A stretch of DNA of 31,915 bases from a virus. Its lineage: Duplodnaviria; Caudoviricetes. The position numbers and the translations under genes were made by a program. Below the pieces are notes generated by a model. It was given only the letters and a program-made list of their open reading frames with translations, made no database searches and was not told the DNA's origin. The stretch covers positions 1 to 31,915 of IMG/VR virus record IMGVR_UViG_3300008255_000321; one strand, given 5' to 3'. The stretch's first letter is position 1. Each line of letters starts with the position of its first letter. Positions 15,430 through 22,503 of the stretch are shown one piece after another.

Positions 15430-17045
15430 GCCGACCGCCGTAGATTCTCGGGCAGTTCAAGCCCCACCCGTCTGGTTCGCAGCAGGGATGTCTCGGGGAG
15501 CCATCCTTTCTCGCTATGAACCGCCTGGCCGCGTCCGCCGGCCAGTATGACCTGCGGGCGGTATTTTATTGTCGCATTGTGCGCGTTTATCTCGATTGAC
15601 TCCAGTAATTCACTAAACAACCTCCTGATTTTGTGGGAATTTGTCTCTACAGCTAGTGTTTCGATCAACACCTGCCGTATTTTGAATATATCGCTGGGGC
15701 CGATGTTCGATCGTGGCGGCGGTTCTTTTTCTAGCTTTGTGATTTCGGCTTCTAGCTGGGCAATTCTGTCTGTATGCTCTCGCAGCCTCGGGGCAATGTC
15801 AGCTAAATTAAGGGCGTCTCCAGCGGCTTCCAGTTGTTCATACAGCCGGGCTCGCTTCGATTCGGTTTTAGCTAGTGACGCTCTGACTTCTCTTTTTTTA
15901 ATCGACTGCTCGCTTGCCCATTTTTCCGAGCTCTTCCGAAGTTTGTGCATTATTGAGATCAGGTTGTTTTTATTGAAAACCCGACTGATCACCTCCCCTT
16001 TTAGCCAGTCGTCTAGCTGCCTCCCAGGGATCCGGCCAGCATCACAGCTTCCATTCTGCTTGGATTCTCTGCAACGGTAGTAACTGTAGCGTTTGCCTCC
16101 TCGACCTGTTGCCGTTTCAGTCTGCAGGCTGCTGCCGCAGTCACCGCATACTAAAACCCCGGTGAATAAATGCGTCGACGATGGCGATCCGCTAATTCTC
16201 GGGTTTGTCTCAGCGTCCATGACTTTTTTAACCAGATCAAATTTTGCTTGATCGATTATTGCTGGGTGAGCGGGGACAACAACCCATTCAGCGACTGGGC
16301 GCAAGCGCCCGGTGTGTCGATCTTTTTTGCCAAATGCAATTTTGCCGGTAACTGACTGGTTCCGAAGCAGTGAAAGAACCGCGCTCTTGGTCCATTTCTT
16401 CCCTCTATTTGTTTCTCCGGCAAAATCTAATTTTTGAGCGATCGACTTGCCGCCCATCCCCTCTAATTTGTAATGGAAAATTCTTTTAACTTGTTCGGCT
16501 TCCTCTTCAACGACCGCTAGCCGTCGTTTTTTTTGATTACAGGGGTCAGGAGTGACTTTGTAGCCTAGTGGGGGGTGCCCCCCGTTCCAATACCCCGACC
16601 TGGCGTTGGAAATCATGGATCTGATCGTGTCCCTTGCTGTGTCCCGGGATTTTAGCTCGTCGACCAGCTCCATAATCCCCTCAGCCACCCAGCCAGCGTC
16701 TGTTTCGCTGTCCAGATCCATCGAAACATAAACTAGCTTCACCCCGTAGTCTTTGAGTTTCCGTTTATACACAACAGCGTCGTACTGATTGCGAGCGAAC
16801 CGGCTGGTCGACCAGCAAATTAAATAATCCGGTGAGTGCAAAGAACAGTAGTTCATCATCGCTGAAAACTCGGCGCGTTTATCGCTCCTCCCCGACTTCC
16901 CTTTATCCACGAACTCGATGAGCACGGTTGAATCCAGGGCGGCTGCCTTAGCTCGTTGCCGCTCCAACATGCTGGCGATCGGCAGTTCCTTTTGCGCTTG
17001 TTTGGCTGTTGATACCCGGGCATAGATGACTGAGGTTTTTTTCAT
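15426..17045 (-). CDS. Large serine recombinase (integrase type)
   Basis: YARVST catalytic Ser, D.GKSG, SRFARN, GGHPPLGY, HPAIID, Zn ribbon CGDCG...YYRC...C, then coiled coil. Confidence 0.95.
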   Translation of the reverse strand: MKKTSVIYARVSTAKQAQKELPIASMLERQRAKAAALDSTVLIEFVDKGKSGRSDKRAEFSAMMNYCSLHSPDYLICWSTSRFARNQYDAVVYKRKLKDYGVKLVYVSMDLDSETDAGWVAEGIMELVDELKSRDTARDTIRSMISNARSGYWNGGHPPLGYKVTPDPCNQKKRRLAVVEEEAEQVKRIFHYKLEGMGGKSIAQKLDFAGETNRGKKWTKSAVLSLLRNQSVTGKIAFGKKDRHTGRLRPVAEWVVVPAHPAIIDQAKFDLVKKVMDAETNPRISGSPSSTHLFTGVLVCGDCGSSLQTETATGRGGKRYSYYRCRESKQNGSCDAGRIPGRQLDDWLKGEVISRVFNKNNLISIMHKLRKSSEKWASEQSIKKREVRASLAKTESKRARLYEQLEAAGDALNLADIAPRLREHTDRIAQLEAEITKLEKEPPPRSNIGPSDIFKIRQVLIETLAVETNSHKIRRLFSELLESIEINAHNATIKYRPQVILAGGRGQAVHSEKGWLPETSLLRTRRVGLELPENLRRSA

Positions 17046-17183
17046 TTTCGCGATTTTTAGAATAAAGAATTTAAATAATAGTAGATATCTAAGTACCCAC
17101 CCCCCGTGGGATCGGTTAAGCCTGGGTGTTTCCGAGCCCCCACCCCTTCACGAACTGCGGCAGGGTCGACCATTCCCTCCGCG

Positions 17184-17275
17184 CTGCTTCGCTTTACGCT
17201 CAAAGCGGCAGGCAGCAACCCGCATAACTCCGCAACCCTGAACCAGCTCTGCTTCGCTTTATTGCATTAAGCGAA
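17184..17275. repeat. Two copies of CTGCTTCGCTTTA, each the left arm of an imperfect inverted repeat (recombinase core-site candidates)
   Basis: CGCTTT-6 bp-AAAGCG at 17190-17207 and TTCGCTT-9 bp-AAGCGAA at 17253-17275. Confidence 0.5.
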
Positions 17276-17411
17276 CAACAAGGCTCCCGGACTCTAACTG
17301 ATATTGCCCGTTCCAAACAGCATTTCTGGAGGCCTGCGCGCCCGTCTGAAAACATCGGTAAACAGTAGAATGAGAGATTAGGGCAGGGTCGGGCAATTAG
17401 CGCTCCAGGAC

Positions 17412-18446
17412 TCAACCCGAGCCAAAAGAGGCGGGTTTATGGGTGCTCTTATCCATCGACTTAATTAGCGCGCTGACCGGTGTGTTAATTTTCCTCAGCG
17501 GGTTTGATTGGTCGACCACTTTAGCCAGCTGGCGGGCGGCCATGCGCGTGTAAATCCTGGTTGATTTAGGGTCAGAGTGACCGAGCAAGGTCTGCATAGT
17601 TAGCAGATTGGTCTCATCTTCCTGCAGCTCGATGCCTACCAGGTGGCGGGCTGCGTGGGCGTGCAGCTGGTCGGTCGGGATGCCCGCCGCCTGGCCGTGA
17701 TGTTTGATGATCCGGTCAATGCTGCGGGTCGACAGCCGTCGCGCCTCGCCGTGGTATTTGTCGTCGGTTATCTGGCGGTTATTTATCGAGCACCATAACA
17801 CCCGGTCACCGTCTGCCAATGTCCGATCGATGGTTCCAAGGTCAGGGTGACCCAGGTATGCACGGACCAGCAGCCGGGCTTCGTCAGGCACCGGCAGCAG
17901 CCGTTGTTTGTTGCCTTTCTCGGTGAGTTTAACCAGCAGCCGTTCGCGGCCGTCCACATCTACCCAGTGGAGGTCGCTATCGTTTAGCCTGGCTAAGCCA
18001 CTGATTCTGGCGCCGGTGCCGATTAACAGCGCCAGCAGCGCCGAATCGCGCACCCCTAAAAACGAATCTAGCCCGGGCTGCATTAGCAGCCGTTCTGCAT
18101 TATCCAGCGACAGCGCCGCGGGCAGTGGGGCGCCAGCACTGGGGAGCGGTAGCAATTCCGCCGGATTAGATCTAATAGCACCGCTAGCGTGCAACCAGCC
18201 ATAAAACCCGCGCAGTGCTGAGACCATCGGCCGGCGACCTCGAGCCCCGATTTTTTGCCTGTGCAGTTCCAACCCGGCGAACTGCTCCAGCTCGCCGGCG
18301 GTTATTCCCAGCGGATCCAGCCCCAGACCCTGGCAATACTTGCCGAGCCGGTCGAGCGTTTTGGCGTACTTGTCGACCGTGGCCACGGCGCGCCCTTCCG
18401 TTTTTTCCTTGTATTGCAACCAGTCTGCAGAGAGATTTTCAAACAT
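17412..18446 (-). CDS. Tyrosine recombinase/integrase (XerC/D-like, full length)
   Basis: SAM-like N-terminus (ATVDKY...SALRGFYGWL...NPA), GARISGL, EKGNKQR, HAARH, LLGHSDPKSTRIY. Confidence 0.95.
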   Translation of the reverse strand: MFENLSADWLQYKEKTEGRAVATVDKYAKTLDRLGKYCQGLGLDPLGITAGELEQFAGLELHRQKIGARGRRPMVSALRGFYGWLHASGAIRSNPAELLPLPSAGAPLPAALSLDNAERLLMQPGLDSFLGVRDSALLALLIGTGARISGLARLNDSDLHWVDVDGRERLLVKLTEKGNKQRLLPVPDEARLLVRAYLGHPDLGTIDRTLADGDRVLWCSINNRQITDDKYHGEARRLSTRSIDRIIKHHGQAAGIPTDQLHAHAARHLVGIELQEDETNLLTMQTLLGHSDPKSTRIYTRMAARQLAKVVDQSNPLRKINTPVSALIKSMDKSTHKPASFGSG

Positions 18447-18464
18447 AGAGGGAGAATTCAGCCG

Positions 18465-18826
18465 TAAAACCCGTGGATGCGTGCGTTTATCAGTCTAACT
18501 GATTGATCTGTCAACAGATTTCGCCCACAGATCCCCACGGATTAACCTATGGACAGCACCAAAACCCGTGGATGAAATCTCGACACTCAAAACCGACTTG
18601 TGGATGGGCTATTTATTGGCCTGCCCTTCTATCTATCTATTTATTTCATTAAAAACAGATAGATAGATAGATAATCAGCTCGAAAAACGCCGAGGGCATC
18701 CACGGATTAAAAACAAAACCCGTGGGGATTTGGGGGCAACCCGTGGGGATTTGGGGGTAACTTGGGAGAATTCGCTTTAGAAAAACAATGACTTAGCTCG
18801 ATGACCCGCCGAATCCACGGGTTTTA
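18465..18826. repeat. 362-bp dyad-symmetric non-coding element (replication origin or recombination/inversion site candidate)
   Basis: 14-bp perfect terminal IR TAAAACCCGTGGAT; seven CCGTGG/CCACGG copies; two IHF-like sites; central (TCTA)n/(TAGA)n arms around an AT-rich core. Confidence 0.75.
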
Positions 18827-18827
18827 A

Positions 18828-19028
18828 CAAAACTCCCCGTCATTTGATTTTAAAAAAAACACCATCACGCCAGTTGGCTGGCGGGCGCTGGGGGTGGTTC
18901 ACCGCACCCGGCTGGATGCCGGGGCGCTGATACAAAACGAGCGCACCGGCATTTTTGCTCAGATTAATGCCGGCGTGGTGCGGTCGCTGCCCCAGCGCGA
19001 CATCGCCCGGCTGGTGGCCAATGACTGA
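18828..19028 (+). pseudogene. 5'-truncated small phage gene
   Basis: Hand translation ...NTITPVGWRALGVVHRTRLDAGALIQNERTGIFAQINAGVVRSLPQRDIARLVAND* reads as a real protein and its stop overlaps the next ATG, but no ATG follows the in-frame TAA at 18825. Confidence 0.45.
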
Positions 19029-19206
19029 TCTAATCCAGATCAAAAACACCGGCCCGGGTGCTGGTGCCAGAGCCACAGCGGGGCATGATCGCGGGATGAA
19101 AACCGCAAAAACGGTGATTATTTCGCGGGGACCGTGGACAGATCAGGGCGGGCGCGAGGCGCTGGGGCTGCTGTTTGTCGTCGTGGAGGTATATATAGAG
19201 CGATGA
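19021..19206 (+). CDS. Small hypothetical protein, possibly internally deleted
   Basis: MTDLIQIKNTGP...MKTAKTVIISRGPWTDQGGREALGLLF; overlaps both neighbours (ATGA at 19203-19206). Confidence 0.45.
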   Translation: MTDLIQIKNTGPGAGARATAGHDRGMKTAKTVIISRGPWTDQGGREALGLLFVVVEVYIER

Positions 19207-19474
19207 CCACCCGCAATAACAAAAACTATAAACGGCTCTGCAGCGGCCTGCAGTTAGAGGATCGAGACGTGGTAGAGGTGATGGCCACCGCGGGGCATGA
19301 CACGTCCCGCACCCGCGCCAACGGTTGGGGCCGGGGGGGGCGACACTAAAAAAACAGGACGTCGGGTCGCAGTACCCCGAGCAGCGGGAGCGGAGAATGA
19401 AAATTATGACCGATGACGAATTCGACGCGTTTTGCGACGGCCTAGCAACCTGGCTGCGGCGCGGCAATGAGTAA
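19203..19474 (+). pseudogene. DUF1456/YehS-like protein split by a frameshift at a G8 tract
   Basis: GGAGGT RBS; MTTRNNKNYKRLCSGLQLEDRDVVEVM...GWGRGG continues in the -1 frame as ATLKKQ...MTDDEFDAFCDGLATWLRRGNE*. Confidence 0.6.
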
Positions 19475-19670
19475 CTCCCGCAAAACCGAGCACATACGGA
19501 TGGCGCCGGCCGACGTGCTGGCGCTGCTGGCGCTACTGCGGGAGGGCGCTACCCACCATGATCTAGAGCAAAAGCTTGGCCGCAGCCGCGCCACGGTAAC
19601 CCGGATGCTGACGACGATGCGGGCGGGGTTTGGGTGCGAGATTGAGTTCGACCGGCAGGCCGGTTGTTAG
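19467..19670 (+). CDS. Small HTH DNA-binding protein (possibly 3'-truncated)
   Basis: ATHHDLEQKLGRSRATVTRMLTTMR helix-turn-helix followed by IEFDR wing. Confidence 0.65.
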   Translation: MSNSRKTEHIRMAPADVLALLALLREGATHHDLEQKLGRSRATVTRMLTTMRAGFGCEIEFDRQAGC

Positions 19671-19884
19671 CCGCACACACCAAAAATGCGGGCGAAGTTT
19701 CCGGGGTCATTGCAGCTCATGTCTTCGGCGCAGGCGCTAATTATTGCCGCTGCTTCGGCGCACGAATCCGCCCACATATCGCGCTCGTCAGCCAGCCGTC
19801 GCCGTTCCGCCATGTATTCATGGGTTTTCGGCCTGTCTGCACCAAGTCGCCCGTCAGTCGCTTCGACAGCCGCTTCACTCAGGG

Positions 19885-20070
19885 TTAAACGGCCTGATCA
19901 TCGGCTATTCCCTTCTGCACTATCGGCCAGTGTGTGGGGCAGTAGTGAAAACCCTCGGCGTGGTCAATACCCCAGCCTGCACGCTCCACGTCCGCATCGG
20001 TGTAGTCGCGCAATTCAGTTTCATCGCCACAGCCACCGGCATCGCATTCCAAAATAATTTTAATAGTCAT
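19885..20070 (-). CDS. Small Cys/His phage protein
   Basis: CDAGGC...GW...HYCPTH pattern; ATGA overlap with the upstream gene; GGAG RBS. Confidence 0.55.
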   Translation of the reverse strand: MTIKIILECDAGGCGDETELRDYTDADVERAGWGIDHAEGFHYCPTHWPIVQKGIADDQAV

Positions 20071-20435
20071 ATCTCACTCCGTAGGTGGAGGCCGTTTAAC
20101 AACGGCAAATCAGTCGGGATTGCGCTAGACGCGCAAGATGCCTCTGCCAGCAAATGCCGGTATAGCGCGTCTGTATATCGATCAACACCGTCAGGCACCG
20201 AAACCCAGCCGCCCCTAGTGTATTTATCAGCGCCGAATGTGCCGACCTCTGCTACCGCTAGCAGCGCCCGACCGAAATCACCCAAAACGCTAGCTATCGG
20301 TTTGCCCTGAGCCTTCACCACCGGCTGCAACAGGGTGCCAGGTTTTAGCCACCGCCAGCCCAGTCGCCGGGTCACGGTTTTAGTCCGGGCCTTAACCTGC
20401 TGTTGGGTCAAAAACATGCTGATCATTCGTGGCAT
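20067..20435 (-). CDS. Chimeric ORF: ASCH-like N-terminus joined to a dATP/dGTP diphosphohydrolase (DUF5664)-like fragment
   Basis: KTVTRRLGWRWLKPGTLLQPV (ASCH-like) then RALLAVAEVGTFGADKYTRGGW...RYTDALYRHLL (DUF5664-like). Confidence 0.55.
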   Translation of the reverse strand: MPRMISMFLTQQQVKARTKTVTRRLGWRWLKPGTLLQPVVKAQGKPIASVLGDFGRALLAVAEVGTFGADKYTRGGWVSVPDGVDRYTDALYRHLLAEASCASSAIPTDLPLLNGLHLRSEI

Positions 20436-20444
20436 TGTCGGCTC

Positions 20445-20645
20445 CTAAAAAACGTCATCGGAAAAACAGGGGGGTTCGCAAACCCTCTTCGCATCGCAGC
20501 GAGCGCAGCGATCAAAAACAATTATTTCCGTGCCAAAGTCGTGGTCATAGCTGTCGTCGATAGTTTCCCAGTCATGGTCCCATTCGCCGTGGTCGTAGCA
20601 GGGGTGGTGTGGTCCGATGAAATCCGCGGTCATTGGGGTGTTCAT
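20445..20645 (-). CDS. Small acidic Cys/His phage protein
   Basis: 66 aa; ATGA overlap with the methyltransferase stop; CARC knuckle. Confidence 0.55.
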   Translation of the reverse strand: MNTPMTADFIGPHHPCYDHGEWDHDWETIDDSYDHDFGTEIIVFDRCARCDAKRVCEPPCFSDDVF

Positions 20646-22093
20646 GCCACCCTCGCCGGTTGCTGGGCGACCAGGTTGGCCCGCACCAGTGCCTCGGCAA
20701 CGGGCGGGGGCACGGAGTTGCCGACCATGGCGACCTGTTGGGTTTTGGTAAAGGGGCTGCCGTTTGCCCGCTGGGCGATCCGGTAGTCGTCGGGGAATCC
20801 CTGGGCTGCGTAGAGTTCGTGGGGCTGCAGCATCCGCATTCCGATATCGATAATTCGGTATTGCTCACCGCGAACGGTCACCAGGCCCAGCCGGTCTTTG
20901 GTGGGGATGGTGTGCAGTGGCTCGTCGAGTCGCTGCCACTGGCCACCTTCGCTGTAGTATTTGATTAAAAATGCGGTGACCAGCGAATGGTGGTCGATGG
21001 TGGTAACGGTGCCCAGCGGGGCGGTTAATGTTTGCCCGGTGACGCCGGTGTAATGTTTGGCGAGGAATGCCGCGACCAGTGCCGATTTGCCGCCACCGCT
21101 GGCGACGGTTGTGCCTAACGAGGTATCCGCTCCGCTGCCAACCGATTGCCCGAATTGGCGTGAAATAAATGGCGCAACCAGGCAGTGCTCTGCTTTGGTG
21201 GTGATGGTGGTCAGCGGGGCATCCAGGTCGTATTGCATGCCGTCACCGCCCCATCCGGAGTGGCCGATTCGCACGATAAACGGGCGGGGGTCATCGATGA
21301 CGAATTTCTGGATGCCCCTGGCGATGCGCCGCAGGGTGTTGTCGGCCAGCGGCCGTTTGCGGTCGAATATGCTGGGGCATGGGATTGACCAGTCGATAAT
21401 CTCGGCAGCGGTTCGCCAGGGTTTTCGTTGGCCGTTAATTACTGCCGGGTGGTCGGGTTTGCCGTGGGTGGGGGTTGGCCAGGTAATGGGCTGGCCGTCG
21501 CATCGGGCCACCATAAATAGTCGTTTGCGACTGGTAGGGGCGCCGTAATCGGCGGCGACTAGCGATTTAAACTCGACGCAATAGCCGTGCCCTTGCAGTT
21601 GGCGGACAAATGATTGAAACGTGGTGCCTTTGCGATCGGGGCAGGGTATCTGGTCGCCGTTGTTGTTAGTGATTAGCGGTCCCCAGGTTTCAAATTCCTC
21701 GACGTTTTCGAGCATGATTACCCGTGGGCGCACGGTGGCTGCCCAGCGCACGGCCACCCACGCTAGCCCGCGTATTTTCTTTTCTACCGGTTTCGAGCCT
21801 TTGGCGCGGCTGAAATGCTTGCAGTCTGGACTAAACCAGGCGAGAGAGACCGGCCTGCCCTGGCAGGCTTCGCGCGGGTCAACATCCCAAACCGACTCGC
21901 AAAAATGGCGAGACCCCGGATGGTTGACGGTGTGTATGTCGATGGCGTCGGGGCTGTGGTTAATTGCCAAATCAACCGGGCGACCGAGGGCCTGCTCGAT
22001 GCCCGTGCTGGCGCCGCCGCCGCCGCAGAAATTATCCACGACCAGGTCGTTATTCAGCGGCAGGGCGAATTGCGGATGGTGGCGGTAGTTCAT
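20642..22093 (-). CDS. DNA (cytosine-5) methyltransferase, orphan phage type
   Basis: Motif I DNFCGGGG, motif IV SPDCKHFS, motif VI ENVEEF, RKRLF, AQGFP, GNSVPP; no adjacent endonuclease. Confidence 0.95.
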   Translation of the reverse strand: MNYRHHPQFALPLNNDLVVDNFCGGGGASTGIEQALGRPVDLAINHSPDAIDIHTVNHPGSRHFCESVWDVDPREACQGRPVSLAWFSPDCKHFSRAKGSKPVEKKIRGLAWVAVRWAATVRPRVIMLENVEEFETWGPLITNNNGDQIPCPDRKGTTFQSFVRQLQGHGYCVEFKSLVAADYGAPTSRKRLFMVARCDGQPITWPTPTHGKPDHPAVINGQRKPWRTAAEIIDWSIPCPSIFDRKRPLADNTLRRIARGIQKFVIDDPRPFIVRIGHSGWGGDGMQYDLDAPLTTITTKAEHCLVAPFISRQFGQSVGSGADTSLGTTVASGGGKSALVAAFLAKHYTGVTGQTLTAPLGTVTTIDHHSLVTAFLIKYYSEGGQWQRLDEPLHTIPTKDRLGLVTVRGEQYRIIDIGMRMLQPHELYAAQGFPDDYRIAQRANGSPFTKTQQVAMVGNSVPPPVAEALVRANLVAQQPARVA

Positions 22094-22103
22094 TTAATTG
22101 CCC

Positions 22104-22337
22104 TCATAACCAAAAAACCCAGACCCCACGCGCCCAGGCGTAGGTGTAAAAAATCGCCAGGCTGAGCTGGCCCCACTGTTTTGCCTGCCAGTTCTGGTGC
22201 AAAAACCCCGGCTGGCTGGCCAGCCCCACCAGGCAGGCCCAGCGGGCCAAATCGGGGTCGGGATCCTGCGTTAGCCAGATCGCCGCACCACCGGTGAGGG
22301 CGATGTACAGATCCAGCCGGGTGATGGCGGTGGTCAT
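22104..22337 (-). CDS. Small membrane protein
   Basis: Hydrophobic 77 aa; AIWLTQ...RWACLVGLASQP...QWG pattern. Confidence 0.65.
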   Translation of the reverse strand: MTTAITRLDLYIALTGGAAIWLTQDPDPDLARWACLVGLASQPGFLHQNWQAKQWGQLSLAIFYTYAWARGVWVFWL

Positions 22338-22404
22338 TGGGGCGACGCCTGCGCCCCGGGCTGGTCCCTGGTTAATCTCACTGATTTCATCGGTTTCTCC
22401 TTAG

Positions 22405-22503
22405 TTAAAAAAACAGCCAATAAACCCCGCCATACACCACAAAGGCGCACCCCAGGGTGATGGCCAGGCACCGGCCCCAGCCGGTGGGGTCAATAGAACT
22501 CAT
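22405..22503 (-). CDS. 32-aa single-TM peptide
   Basis: Hand translation MSSIDPTGWGRCLAITLGCAFVVYGGVYWLFF*; overlaps the primase stop. Confidence 0.35.
   Translation of the reverse strand: MSSIDPTGWGRCLAITLGCAFVVYGGVYWLFF

Noticed and set aside
15460-15503. Possible tRNA gene (GGTTCG...CCA)
   Set aside because: T-arm spacing is wrong and no cloverleaf can be formed; kept only as a possible att core
17026-17415. ORFs 17026-17241 (+) and 17200-17415 (-)
   Set aside because: No protein-like features; the region is better explained as non-coding with repeats
18465-18826. Possible CRISPR array or MITE
   Set aside because: Repeats are short, in both orientations and irregularly spaced; no cas or transposase gene and no clear target-site duplication
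18830-19680. Plus-strand cassette as an invertible segment
   Set aside because: No inverted repeats found at its two boundaries
20642-22093. Restriction-modification system
   Set aside because: No cognate endonuclease next to the methyltransferase; orphan C5 MTases of this type are common in phages
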